Shown here one piece after another: positions 10,496-20,703 of a DNA stretch of 64,000 nucleotides. How positions within the stretch are numbered: position 1 is the first letter of the stretch; each line of letters opens with the position of its first letter. The translations under genes were made by a program, and so were the position numbers. This DNA is from a virus: positions 1 to 64,000 of the IMG/VR virus record IMGVR_UViG_3300042197_004116; one strand, written 5' to 3'. The notes beneath the pieces were generated by a model. The model was not told the DNA's origin and ran no database searches. It was given only the letters and a program-made list of their open reading frames with translations.

Positions 10496-12061
10496 ATGCC
10501 AAATAGAATATGGGCTTTCAAGTGGGACTATACAACATCTACTTATATTGCAGGCAAAGGCGGTCTTGCTACTAGATCTGATATTGAGAGCGCTACCCCT
10601 TCTCTTGTTCCTCCTACTACAGATGGCTATACCAAGAATCAAAACGTAGTAAAAGCAATTACAGATTATATTCAAACCGTTAATGTTGCAAGAGACTATC
10701 CTTGGACATATTCTAAACCTGGCGAAGGTGCGCGTCAAGAAGTTCCAAAAATATATATGCTTGAAAAAAGATTAAAAACAAATGCATTTATTTCAAGCTT
10801 GGTTTACTCTTTTGCTAACGCTCAGACAGGGGCTCAAGAAATTATAGATACTTTAGAAAAAAACAATATTGGTACAGGTGAAGGTGGGTTTTTATCTGTT
10901 TTAAAAGACCTTCAACAATCAGCAGTAAATGGAGCGTATTACGCTGCAGGTTCAATATCTAATTTTATTAATAATAAGCAAATTAAAGGACCTACTGATG
11001 AAAATACCTTTAGTCAAATAGTTGAAACAGGTAAAAGTACGTTAAATCCTATTTTTAATTTTTTTAGAGATAGAGCAATAGACAATAATCCTATTTTTGA
11101 GGACCCATTGCTAACAGCTTATAAAAACTTATATCCATGTATTAATACTGGGTGGAATTATGTTTTTCCTTACTTTGATGATTATTTTAGTTCATCTCAG
11201 AATATATTTGGTGATGATACCGGAATGAATGTTTTAAATCTTATTAAAACAGGAGCTGAAGCTTTTCAAAGCATAGCAGGGTTAGCTGGAGCTATTACAA
11301 GACCTTTTGGGTTTAGTTTTCAAGAAAAAGCTAAGTTTTACAATTTTCCTTCTGAAGGTGAAGAATTTAAATTTGAATTTCCTTTAATTAATACCGGATC
11401 TACAACATTTGATGAAGTAGTAAAGAATTGGCAATTGATATATCTACTTTTATACCAAAATAAACCTGCTAGAATCAATAGAAATGTAATTGAACCTCCT
11501 GTATTATATGAAGTAAGCATACCTGGTCAAAAATTTTATCCTTTTTGTTATATCAGTAACATTGAAGTAGACTTTAAAGGCTCAAGAAGAGAATTAGAGT
11601 TTAATTTAGATTATACTAATACAGTTCTAAACGATACCTTACCTGTACCTTTAACTGGACCTACTCAACCAGGTACTCCACCAGAATCTTCTATAAAAGA
11701 TATTAAAACTATAACTGAAACAAAAAAATTTCGTACAATAATTCCAGACGCATATGTAATTAGAATAACCCTAAAAGCCCTCACAGCAGAAACAAGAAAT
11801 TTTATGGCTTATACAGTATTGGGACCATCAGCAGGCACCGCTGCTGGTTCTGTTACAGATTTAGACAAATTAACAGAAGCAGTTGCAAAATCATTATTAG
11901 GCAATTCAGCTAATGGTCCTTCTGATGGAACACCTGTTAATTATGGTAATAATCCAGTCCTAGGTAATGGACAAACGTTTTATACAGGCGGTACACCCTT
12001 CTTCGATGAAAGAACTGGGTTACCTACAACTCCTGAGATTTCCGCTCCTGCGCGTAGATAA
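10496..12061 (+). CDS. Baseplate tube-cap-like protein (gp48-like)
   Basis: FKFEFPLINT, PPVLYEVSIPG, CYISNIEVDF resemble gp48-type tube-fold proteins; synteny; TAAGTA-N5-ATG. Confidence 0.5.
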   Translation: MPNRIWAFKWDYTTSTYIAGKGGLATRSDIESATPSLVPPTTDGYTKNQNVVKAITDYIQTVNVARDYPWTYSKPGEGARQEVPKIYMLEKRLKTNAFISSLVYSFANAQTGAQEIIDTLEKNNIGTGEGGFLSVLKDLQQSAVNGAYYAAGSISNFINNKQIKGPTDENTFSQIVETGKSTLNPIFNFFRDRAIDNNPIFEDPLLTAYKNLYPCINTGWNYVFPYFDDYFSSSQNIFGDDTGMNVLNLIKTGAEAFQSIAGLAGAITRPFGFSFQEKAKFYNFPSEGEEFKFEFPLINTGSTTFDEVVKNWQLIYLLLYQNKPARINRNVIEPPVLYEVSIPGQKFYPFCYISNIEVDFKGSRRELEFNLDYTNTVLNDTLPVPLTGPTQPGTPPESSIKDIKTITETKKFRTIIPDAYVIRITLKALTAETRNFMAYTVLGPSAGTAAGSVTDLDKLTEAVAKSLLGNSANGPSDGTPVNYGNNPVLGNGQTFYTGGTPFFDERTGLPTTPEISAPARR

Positions 12062-12081
12062 CCTCTATATTAAATAATAAT

Positions 12082-12450
12082 ATGGATTTAGGTAACTATC
12101 AGAAAAATATACCTGACCTTCAACCTCTTAACAATTTTAGATATGAAAATATTTTTAAAATGTATAAGGAAAACGATAACGACCAGTTTTTTTACAACAT
12201 TACTAGAAAAATTGTATTACCAAAAAATTTAAATCCCGATCAATTTATATATTACCCTATAAGAAAAAGTATGCCTTGGACTATGGTTAGTTTTAATCTC
12301 TACAGCACTATAGAATTATGGTGGTTAGTTTGCTTAGTTAATGATATTAGAAACCCGGTGCTCCAGCCCAAAGCAGGTACTTTTGTAAAAGCACTCAAAG
12401 CTGATTTAGTTAATAATGTTTTAAATAATATTACCTCTCAGCTTATATGA
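12082..12450 (+). CDS. Baseplate wedge protein (gp53-like, LysM-type)
   Basis: WTMVSFNLYSTIELWWLVCLVNDIRNP is the gp53/LysM signature. Confidence 0.8.
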   Translation: MDLGNYQKNIPDLQPLNNFRYENIFKMYKENDNDQFFYNITRKIVLPKNLNPDQFIYYPIRKSMPWTMVSFNLYSTIELWWLVCLVNDIRNPVLQPKAGTFVKALKADLVNNVLNNITSQLI

Positions 12451-14021
12451 GCGAATATCTCCCAGCAACATCTGAATCTAAATTCAGTTCATTTTCATAC
12501 TTAATTAATAATAATTTTTATGATTTTAGAGTTTTTATAGGTTCTTTTGATGGTAGATTAAGACCTATTAGACCTTCAGCTGTTAAAATGCTTAACATTG
12601 AAGATTCTTTAGATAACCCTTTTCATCAAGGTTATATTGTTTTAGATAATAGCCAAGATGTATTAGAAAGTTCTTACGAAGAATCCACAGATCAATCTAG
12701 CCCTGAATATTATATTCCTAACTACCAAGATACTGCTAAAACCAACAGCGCTTATATGTTTAACGGTGACTGTAGAGATGTACTTATAGTGCAAATTATA
12801 CCCAAACTTTCAGTACCTGATGTTACCATAGATGATAAAAATGTATTGAAATATTTCTTATTAAAATTTGATTTTGTAATCTATAATTCTGAAGAAATAG
12901 TAGACAGTAGTCAAGATGGAAAACTTAAAAAGTTATATTTTTGGGAATTAGATTATGAAGTAATGAGAGAAAAAAATTCTTATTTTTCTACTGCAAATTA
13001 TGTAAAAGCTGAAAATGTTTCTGATTTATCTAATGATGAAAGAGGAATACTTACAGGAGCTGCTTTAAGCGCCTGTATAAATGAAGCTCTAGATAAGAAT
13101 GATGGATTTAGTCCTGCATTTGCAAATTTTGAATCTGGATCTACAAAGATATTTTACTCTTCTCCAGGAAACTTTAAGTATATAGATTCTGTAAATTATA
13201 TTTTAGATAGACATGTAAGTTCTTTAGATAGTAATTTTAGTCCTAGTGTATTACAGCATGATAGATACCCTAAAACATATTCTTTAGTTAGCTATTATAA
13301 TATTTTTAAAAATGCAGTTAATTTTGAAAGCAATAAAATGCTAGCAGGATTTAGATATATTGAAACATTTAAAATAGCTGGTTATAACCGTACCTCTCAA
13401 GATAACTTACCCAGGTTTAACGTTCAATTTGTACCTTCTTTTGCACCTTATTTTCAATCAGAAGGAAATTTAGATGTATATAGCTTTGATACAATTGCAG
13501 GGGCTTATTCGCAGTCTAAAATTAATTCTAAACCAGTACATTTTTATGACTATGGTAGTAAAGAGTTTGATATAGATTTTTATAGAAATAGTATAGAAGA
13601 ATTCTCAAAAGCAGCTTTTAATAACTATGTAAAACCTTTTGGGCCACAGGGTATTAAAACATTTCAAACAGGAATATACAGAGATTCAAACAAAAATATT
13701 TCTAATGAATTTTCACCTATAGAATTAGATAAAAATCAGAGACTTGCTTTAGGATTAGGAAAAAATTTATATAATTATGTTTATTTAAATAATTTTGTTA
13801 CCTTTAAAGTTCAAGGCAGTACTCATAGACAGGCAGGAGATTTTATAGGTATTACTAGAGAGACAGATAAACAGCCAACCGTTTTTGATAAAAGGTTTCT
13901 AGGTGTATATCTTATAGTAAGCGTTAAGCATATGTTTCAAGATGCAACGTATACTAATGAATTAGTATGTGTTAAAACCTATTTGCCTCAAGACATGTTT
14001 TTAAATAAAGTAATATTATGA
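12447..14021 (+). CDS. Baseplate hub protein (gp27-like)
   Basis: LNIEDSLDNPFHQGYIVL at the N-terminus; VQGSTHRQAGDFI and GVYLIVSVKHMF at the C-terminus, typical of hub/late-control-D proteins. Confidence 0.7.
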   Translation: MSEYLPATSESKFSSFSYLINNNFYDFRVFIGSFDGRLRPIRPSAVKMLNIEDSLDNPFHQGYIVLDNSQDVLESSYEESTDQSSPEYYIPNYQDTAKTNSAYMFNGDCRDVLIVQIIPKLSVPDVTIDDKNVLKYFLLKFDFVIYNSEEIVDSSQDGKLKKLYFWELDYEVMREKNSYFSTANYVKAENVSDLSNDERGILTGAALSACINEALDKNDGFSPAFANFESGSTKIFYSSPGNFKYIDSVNYILDRHVSSLDSNFSPSVLQHDRYPKTYSLVSYYNIFKNAVNFESNKMLAGFRYIETFKIAGYNRTSQDNLPRFNVQFVPSFAPYFQSEGNLDVYSFDTIAGAYSQSKINSKPVHFYDYGSKEFDIDFYRNSIEEFSKAAFNNYVKPFGPQGIKTFQTGIYRDSNKNISNEFSPIELDKNQRLALGLGKNLYNYVYLNNFVTFKVQGSTHRQAGDFIGITRETDKQPTVFDKRFLGVYLIVSVKHMFQDATYTNELVCVKTYLPQDMFLNKVIL

Positions 14022-15196
14022 ATAATGCTCCTCCAGTAACAGATACAAGTGCGAGAGACGATTACTGGGCTTCATTTGATGCAAGACTAAAATCACAAAC
14101 TGCAAATTTAGCAGCTCCACCTAGTGTTTCAACACCTACTATTTCTAAGAGCAATTCTGTATCTCCTCCTGTTAATAATCCTGTAGGCCCTACAGGTCAA
14201 GCACCCACATTTTCAACGGTTCCAGAATTTTCAGCAAAAAAAACCAATACAATAGTTAATAATGAGTTTTCAGCAAAGAAAAAAGAACAGCTAGTTAAAA
14301 CTTCATTACCCAAATTAGCTGATTTAAATTATACTGAGTCAGTTTCAATGTTAAAGCAAATTTCAAACTATTTAAATTTAATTAATGGTTTAGAAAATGA
14401 AGTTCAAATTAGTTTAGATTATTACTCAGCATTGCAAAAAACTGATGTTGTTACAAGCCTTTCTAATTTTTACAGTAATTTAAATTCATCTAAAATGCCT
14501 GTTTTAAGAAACGAATTTGTAGATTTTTGGGTTAAAAGATTCAACTGTACGGCTGAACCTTTAAAATCTTTTATTACAGGTAATTTAAAAACTGACAGCA
14601 GTTCTTTCTTTACTGAGCTTAGCGACTCTATTGGTATTCTTGTAAATAGCAGAGGTCTTTTAGATGACTCTACAATACCAGTAACAGATATTACTACAGA
14701 TATATATTCTCCACCAAACGTCATACCTGTTCAATTAAAAAATAAAATATCAAGCACTACCCTTAATGTTTCTTATGCTTTAAGCAGATATAATACTGAA
14801 TTAATGAGGCAGAACCTAAAAAGAGTTTATTTTACTTCAAATGATGCAAATCCTTATGCTTACAGTACAGATCCTCATGGTAGCAATTTGGTTTCAGATT
14901 TAAACACTTATATTATTATTAATAATAATCTTCAAACTTATTATGATAAAATAAAATCAAGTTATAATAGAATATTTTCTTATATTGAATATATAAGCAA
15001 TATAAACAACAGTGTAGGATACAATCCTAGAGATATTTCAGGAAGTAATCAACAAATAATTACTGACCTTGTATTTTCTCTAGATGTTGAAAAATTTAAA
15101 ATAAGTGTTGATTTACTTCAAAGAAAGTTTAAAAGCCTTCTTTCTTATAAAACTATTCAAAACACTCTTAGTAATAACACTACAATAAATACTTAA
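14018..15196 (+). CDS. Hypothetical virion-associated protein
   Basis: 392-aa ORF coupled to the hub gene; P/S/T-rich N-terminus; no recognised motif. Confidence 0.55.
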   Translation: MNNAPPVTDTSARDDYWASFDARLKSQTANLAAPPSVSTPTISKSNSVSPPVNNPVGPTGQAPTFSTVPEFSAKKTNTIVNNEFSAKKKEQLVKTSLPKLADLNYTESVSMLKQISNYLNLINGLENEVQISLDYYSALQKTDVVTSLSNFYSNLNSSKMPVLRNEFVDFWVKRFNCTAEPLKSFITGNLKTDSSSFFTELSDSIGILVNSRGLLDDSTIPVTDITTDIYSPPNVIPVQLKNKISSTTLNVSYALSRYNTELMRQNLKRVYFTSNDANPYAYSTDPHGSNLVSDLNTYIIINNNLQTYYDKIKSSYNRIFSYIEYISNINNSVGYNPRDISGSNQQIITDLVFSLDVEKFKISVDLLQRKFKSLLSYKTIQNTLSNNTTINT

Positions 15197-15197
15197 T

Positions 15198-15788
15198 ATG
15201 GCAACACCAGCAGACGAATCACCTAGTTACTTAGCCTACTTAAATGACCAATATAGGCTTGTAAATTTTACAAATGGTAGAGTTGGTGAAATAACAATAC
15301 AAAACCCGGATGGTTTTGAGCCAAAATATTCAAGCATACCATCTGTTAACGACTCTAGATTTAATAATTTAAACGAAATAGTTTTCAAGGGTAACGAAGG
15401 CTTAAACCCATTTAACAATTTTAATCAAAAAAATCTCATAAGTTCATTAGGTTGTGTATTTTTGGGCGGTCAAAATATAGGAAATGTAATAGGCAATTTT
15501 GCTAATGGGTTTGCAAACCAGGCTCAAAATTTATTATCCTCAGCGCTACCTTCATTTCTTCCACCTGTTCTACCTACATTAGGCAGTATTTTTAATATTG
15601 GTATTTTTAACTCTGGTTTAAAAAGACAAGCAATATTACCTAAGTCAGGTGGATTTTTATCTGCTTTTGGTCCATTAGGCGGTATCGCTGGTGTATTAAC
15701 TAATATAGTACAAAGTTATGTAAGCCAGATTACAAGCCCTGTAACATCTTTCTTAAAAGAAATTAATAAGTGTATAAGAAACGATTAA
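15198..15788 (+). CDS. Hypothetical late protein with a Gly-rich amphipathic C-terminal half
   Basis: TAAATA-N6-ATG; segments such as GGFLSAFGPLGGIAGVLTNIV. Confidence 0.55.
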   Translation: MATPADESPSYLAYLNDQYRLVNFTNGRVGEITIQNPDGFEPKYSSIPSVNDSRFNNLNEIVFKGNEGLNPFNNFNQKNLISSLGCVFLGGQNIGNVIGNFANGFANQAQNLLSSALPSFLPPVLPTLGSIFNIGIFNSGLKRQAILPKSGGFLSAFGPLGGIAGVLTNIVQSYVSQITSPVTSFLKEINKCIRND

Positions 15789-16246
15789 TCTTTTATTTGC
15801 TCTGCTTCAGCATCTATAACTTTTGCATTATCTATTAAAGCTTTAAAAATTTGCTCTCTTGTAGCAAGAAGCTTAACATTATTTTCTTCTTGCTGCATTT
15901 CTTTCTTAGCTTCAATATCCATTTTTTTAACCCTGACAACTGTTTCAGACTTTTTATCAACAACAACAATTTTGTTTAAAGTATCAATAGCCGTGCTTGT
16001 TGCAGCAACTAAACTTGCAAATGCATCTACGTCTTTTGCTTCAGGAGAAGATAATATATAATCCTTTACGTTTTTTAACATTTCAATACTTTCATCAACA
16101 AGCTTACCACCCTTTTCAACAACAAATTTTTCTAATTCTTCTTTTTTTAATGGGTTCTGTTCTTTTTCTATTTCTTTTGCTTTAGTCTGAGCATCATTTA
16201 GCTGGCTAAGTAGGTCACCCACCATCTCATTTAACTCTTCACTCAT
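15785..16246 (-). CDS. Probable terminase small subunit (T4 gp16-like); start revised to ATG 16246
   Basis: The helical hairpin LVDESIEMLKNVKDYILSSPEAKDVDAFASLV and the C-terminal NNVKLLATREQIFKAL echo gp16. TAAATA-N5-ATG supports MSEELNEM as the start. Confidence 0.55.
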   Translation of the reverse strand: MSEELNEMVGDLLSQLNDAQTKAKEIEKEQNPLKKEELEKFVVEKGGKLVDESIEMLKNVKDYILSSPEAKDVDAFASLVAATSTAIDTLNKIVVVDKKSETVVRVKKMDIEAKKEMQQEENNVKLLATREQIFKALIDNAKVIDAEAEQIKD

Positions 16247-16264
16247 AAATTTATTTAATATAGA

Positions 16265-16294
16265 TTGATTTTTATCAAACATATAGCATAATAT
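16265..16294 (+). promoter_or_regulatory. Sigma70-like early/middle promoter for the dut-clamp loader pair
   Basis: TTGATT (16265-70), 16 nt spacer, CATAAT (16287-92), ending 6 nt before ATG 16299; no TAAATA here. Confidence 0.45.
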
Positions 16295-16298
16295 TATT

Positions 16299-16763
16299 AT
16301 GAGTAGTAATGACGTATTTGATCCTAATTTAGCTTATTTACCGGTACTTAAATTTGAAAAAACGCATCCTGATGCCAAGCTTCCTACAAAAAATCACTCT
16401 TCTGATACAGGCTATGATGTATATTCAATTGAAAATAAGACTGTACCTGCAAAAAGTAGTGCAGTAGTAGGAGTTGGTTTAAAATTTGCAGACATACCCG
16501 AAGGTTATTGGATTAGAGTTGAAAGCCGTAGCGGTCTAGGGTTTAAGCATGGCATTATGGCACATCCAGGTATTATTGACAACGGATATAGAGGAGATGC
16601 AGGTATTAAGCTGTACAATCTCACTGATTGTGATTATGAAATTAAATCAGGTGATCGAATTGCACAGTTTGTAGTTTATATGAATATTAGCATGGGAGTT
16701 GAGTTTGGTAAGGTTCAAGAAACTCAAAGAGGTGAAAAAGGGTTCGGTTCTTCAGGTAAATGA
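16299..16763 (+). CDS. dut: Trimeric dUTPase
   Basis: Five motifs present: GYDV, SRSGLG, GIIDNGYRG, DRIAQ, RGEKGFGSSG. Confidence 0.97.
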   Translation: MSSNDVFDPNLAYLPVLKFEKTHPDAKLPTKNHSSDTGYDVYSIENKTVPAKSSAVVGVGLKFADIPEGYWIRVESRSGLGFKHGIMAHPGIIDNGYRGDAGIKLYNLTDCDYEIKSGDRIAQFVVYMNISMGVEFGKVQETQRGEKGFGSSGK

Positions 16764-17716
16764 CAATTAATAATTTTAATAGTCTTTGGTGCGAGAAGTA
16801 TAGGCCTAAGAAGCTTGAGGACTATATTGTTTCACCTAACAATTTAGACTTAATTCATTCGTTTGACAAAAACAAACAAATACCAAATTTATTATTTGTT
16901 GGTACACCAGGTATAGGTAAAACAACTCTTGCTAAAATTATAACTAATCATATTTTAAATTGTCAGTATCTTTATATAAATGCTAGTGATGAAAACGGTA
17001 TTGATACTATAAGAACTAAAGTAACTAGTTTTGCACAGACAATGAGCATAGACGGTAATTTAAAGGTTATTATTCTTGATGAATGTGACGGTCTAACCAT
17101 GGACAGCCAAAGAGCATTGAGAAATATAATGGAAGAGTTAGCTAATATAACTAGGTTTATTTTAACTGCTAACTACAAATACAAAATAATACCCGCGCTT
17201 CAAAGTAGGTGTCAGAGTATTGATCTTACTCCTCCTATTGATTTAATTGTTAAGAGATGTGCATTAATTTTAAAGAATGAAAATATTAAAATTGAAAATG
17301 GACAAAAATCAAAATTAGTTGAATTGGTTAAAAAACATTACCCTGATGTGAGGCTATGTATTAATGAGCTCCAGAAATTTTCAGTCTCGGGTGAGCTTAA
17401 AATACTTGAATTTAGTTCAAATAACTTCTTAGGATTACTTTATAAAGAGATAAAAAGCAAAAATATTAATTCACTTCGTAAAACATTAATTGAAAATGAG
17501 CAAATTTTTAATTCTGATTATGTTTCTCTATTAAAAAACCTCTTTAATTATGTAGATGAAAATGAAAAAGATTTAGACTGTAAAAAGAAATCATTAATTA
17601 TTATTGCAGAACACTTATATAGATCTGCTTTTGTAGTAGATCAAGAAATTAACTTTTTTGCTTGTCTAATCTTACTAGCTGATAATCAGCTCTTAGGCAA
17701 ATATTGTGCTGTATAA
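16760..17716 (+). CDS. gp44: Sliding-clamp loader AAA+ subunit (T4 gp44/RFC small subunit)
   Basis: WCEKYRP, GTPGIGKTT, INASDENG, ILDECD, LQSRC. Confidence 0.95.
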   Translation: MTINNFNSLWCEKYRPKKLEDYIVSPNNLDLIHSFDKNKQIPNLLFVGTPGIGKTTLAKIITNHILNCQYLYINASDENGIDTIRTKVTSFAQTMSIDGNLKVIILDECDGLTMDSQRALRNIMEELANITRFILTANYKYKIIPALQSRCQSIDLTPPIDLIVKRCALILKNENIKIENGQKSKLVELVKKHYPDVRLCINELQKFSVSGELKILEFSSNNFLGLLYKEIKSKNINSLRKTLIENEQIFNSDYVSLLKNLFNYVDENEKDLDCKKKSLIIIAEHLYRSAFVVDQEINFFACLILLADNQLLGKYCAV

Positions 17717-18297
17717 CTTGCAGGGTCTTTATGATCTACTGCAGGTGAAGCTGGTATTTTGACATTTACATCTTTTAGCTCTCTATCACCTTTAGATAAT
17801 TTACCACCTACATCAGAATTATAGTTTTGTGAAAAAGGAGCCATTGGGTCTTTTTCTCTACCTTTAAGATAGTCTTTAGATGTTTTTGGGTCTATATTAA
17901 CTTTATTATCATATTTAAACTTGTCAGGGATAGGAGGTAAATTGACACCATCACCTTGATGTACTAGAAGATTAGCAGGTACTACCACAGTTTTGTTTAT
18001 ATCGTATCTACCAGGAGCAATTTCAGGTACTATTTCAATGGAAAAACTAAAACCAAAATCATCAGGATTACCTGCACCCATTACAGCAGGCATATGAGAC
18101 TTAACATTTCTGACTCTTAGATTAACACCTGAATTTATAAGCTCTTCAACCATAGCTTTAACAGATTCAGGTTGGTCTTTAAAGAAATCATTCTTTAATA
18201 CATTATCAACAAATTTAACTCTATCGCTTGTTAGAAACCCGCCTCTCATAAATCTTGATAGAGTGGCTTCATATAGCTTTGTAAATTTCTTTTCCAT
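17686..18297 (-). CDS. Late hypothetical protein, probable head-associated protein
   Basis: TAAATA-N6-ATG; the N-terminal MEKKFTKLYE resembles the leader in the 1-597 gene. Confidence 0.6.
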   Translation of the reverse strand: MEKKFTKLYEATLSRFMRGGFLTSDRVKFVDNVLKNDFFKDQPESVKAMVEELINSGVNLRVRNVKSHMPAVMGAGNPDDFGFSFSIEIVPEIAPGRYDINKTVVVPANLLVHQGDGVNLPPIPDKFKYDNKVNIDPKTSKDYLKGREKDPMAPFSQNYNSDVGGKLSKGDRELKDVNVKIPASPAVDHKDPASYTAQYLPKS

Positions 18298-18344
18298 TTA
18301 AATTATTTATTTTACCGAGCACGTTATTCCTTCTTATTTTTTAA

Positions 18345-18352
18345 TATAAATA
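18345..18352 (+). promoter_or_regulatory. Late promoter TATAAATA, 5 nt before the gp25 ATG; back-to-back with the minus-strand TAAATA at 18304-18309
   Basis: Exact T4 late consensus. Confidence 0.75.
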
Positions 18353-18357
18353 TAAAT

Positions 18358-18837
18358 ATGGCAAACATTAGAATTGATAGTTTAGCCCAGAAACCAGTAA
18401 CAAATACAGGCTTTACCTATTCTGATATTAAGCTAGATTTGACGTTTAATTATCAAAACACTAATGAGCTGTTAAAATCCAAGGTTATTAAGGATTCAGT
18501 AAACAGCTTAGATTATGATGCTATTAAAAATAGTATAGTCAGCTTGTTTACTACTATACCAGGCCAGAAAGTATTGAACCCATTTTTTGGCTTAAATTTA
18601 GCAAGATACTTATTTGAACCTGTAAACGAAGATGTTGCCAATACTATATTACAAGATGTTTCTAGAGGCATAGCAACATATGAACCAAGAATACGTGTAA
18701 GGAATATAAATGTTGGTTTTAGTATAGACAGACAAGAGTATGTTATAAATCTAACCATCTCTGTTCCAAGTATAAACAATACCGCTTTTAATCTTGTAGG
18801 AACATTGAGTAACTCAGGTTTCTTTTTAAATAATTAA
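18358..18837 (+). CDS. gp25: Baseplate wedge subunit (gp25-like)
   Basis: AIKNSIVSLFTTIPGQKVLNPFFG, LFEP, YEPRI. Confidence 0.92.
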   Translation: MANIRIDSLAQKPVTNTGFTYSDIKLDLTFNYQNTNELLKSKVIKDSVNSLDYDAIKNSIVSLFTTIPGQKVLNPFFGLNLARYLFEPVNEDVANTILQDVSRGIATYEPRIRVRNINVGFSIDRQEYVINLTISVPSINNTAFNLVGTLSNSGFFLNN

Positions 18838-18839
18838 AT

Positions 18840-20699
18840 ATGGCCACTTCAAACGAATCATTTCAGTTAAGCGTAGACAATTATGCAGCGTTTGATGCTT
18901 TGTCTCTTAAAAGCCTTATTATAAAAAGATTAAATGAAAGCGACGTTTTTACTGATCAAAATTTTGAAGGTAGTAACATCTCTGCAATTATTGATATTAT
19001 TGCTTATGCATACAACGTACTTTTATTTTATCTCAATCAAACTGCTTCTGAAAGTACATTTAGCTCAGCTACTATATATGAAAATATTAACAAAATAGTA
19101 AAGCTTTTAAATTACTCGCCTGTCGGGTTTCAAACTGCATTGCTTCCTTTTAAGGCTTATGCAAACTTTCAAATCGAACCTGGAACCTACACAGTACCGC
19201 GTTATTCGTTTTTTACAGTAAACGGGGTTAATTACAGCTTTAATAATGATCTTACTTTTACAAAAACTATATCTGGAACTGAATATTTGCAAAATTTTAG
19301 TGAGTCAAATTTATTATACCAAGGTACTTATACTGAGTATCCAAAATATTTTGCAACCGGAGAGCCTTTTGAATTAATTACAATGGTTCTGGTAGATACA
19401 CAAAATCAAAATATTATTTTAGATCACTTTAATATTGACGTTTATGTTAAAGACAACACTGCAGTAAACCCTAGATGGGATAAATGGGAACCGACACAAT
19501 CACTATTCTTAGAAAGACCTAATTCCTTATCTTATGAGATACGTTTAAATGAAGACGGTAGATATGAAATAAAGTTTGGAAACAATGTAAACGGTAAGCA
19601 GTTAAATTCTGGAGATGAAGTTCTTATATATTATCTTGCCTCTGATGGTCAGAGCGGGCAAATTGGTGAAAACACTCTAAATGGTAATACTTGCTTTTTA
19701 TATAGTACTGTTAATTTCTTGCAAGTAAAAACCGACACTACACCAGTAAATCTTGAACTTTTAAATCAGAATCAACTTAATTTATTAAGCTTTGAAAACC
19801 CTGAACCTAGCACAAAATTTATAAATGCTGAATCAGTAGATAATATAAAAAATAATGCTACTAATACTTTTAGAAGTCAATTTAGATTGATTACAACAGA
19901 AGACTTTAGAAATTATATCTTAAAAAATTATAGTAATGTATTAGCTTCTGTACAAGTAGTTAACAACTGGGATTACCTTTCCCAACACATGAAGTACTAT
20001 TTTGATCTAGGAATACAAAAACCTAATTTAGAGAGCAGAGTTTTATTCAACCAGGTAAAATTTGCTGATTCATGTAATTTTAATAATATATACGTGTATG
20101 CAACTCCAAAATTAGAAAAACTAAACTCTCTAAATACTAGATCTAACTATTTAAATTCTGCTCAAAAAGCTATTATAATTAACGATACTAACTCTACAAA
20201 ACTAGCTACAGCTGAAATTGTCTTTAATGACCCTGTTTATATACAATTTGATCTAGGGTTTAGAATTAATCTTGATCCAATTACTCCTGAAATATCTAAT
20301 TTTTGCTTCTTAGAAATTACCAGAGAATTAACCTCTAAGAGAAACCCTGAAGCTATTAGAAAACAAGTTGCAGAAATATTTCAAAATTACTTCTCTACAA
20401 CAAACGACAATTTAGGTAAATTAATTTCTCTTACTGAAATATCTAACCAAATTAATGAAATTGACGGTGTTACAGATATTAAAACTGTTTATATTAACAA
20501 CAATGAAACATACTCTACCCAGGGTATAAGCTTTATTGCTTTTAATCCTGTCTATCCAACCGCAGATATACAATTGATAGCTCAAGACACACAGCTACCA
20601 TTCTTCAAGTTTCCGTACCTAAATAATTTAAGCAATTTCATAGATAGGGTAAGAGTTGTAACACCTTCATTACAGCAGCTAACTGAAAGAGAATTCTAA
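18840..20699 (+). CDS. gp6: Baseplate wedge subunit (gp6-like)
   Basis: [49 protein letters not shown]. Confidence 0.92.
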   Translation: MATSNESFQLSVDNYAAFDALSLKSLIIKRLNESDVFTDQNFEGSNISAIIDIIAYAYNVLLFYLNQTASESTFSSATIYENINKIVKLLNYSPVGFQTALLPFKAYANFQIEPGTYTVPRYSFFTVNGVNYSFNNDLTFTKTISGTEYLQNFSESNLLYQGTYTEYPKYFATGEPFELITMVLVDTQNQNIILDHFNIDVYVKDNTAVNPRWDKWEPTQSLFLERPNSLSYEIRLNEDGRYEIKFGNNVNGKQLNSGDEVLIYYLASDGQSGQIGENTLNGNTCFLYSTVNFLQVKTDTTPVNLELLNQNQLNLLSFENPEPSTKFINAESVDNIKNNATNTFRSQFRLITTEDFRNYILKNYSNVLASVQVVNNWDYLSQHMKYYFDLGIQKPNLESRVLFNQVKFADSCNFNNIYVYATPKLEKLNSLNTRSNYLNSAQKAIIINDTNSTKLATAEIVFNDPVYIQFDLGFRINLDPITPEISNFCFLEITRELTSKRNPEAIRKQVAEIFQNYFSTTNDNLGKLISLTEISNQINEIDGVTDIKTVYINNNETYSTQGISFIAFNPVYPTADIQLIAQDTQLPFFKFPYLNNLSNFIDRVRVVTPSLQQLTEREF

Positions 20700-20703
20700 T
20701 GCC

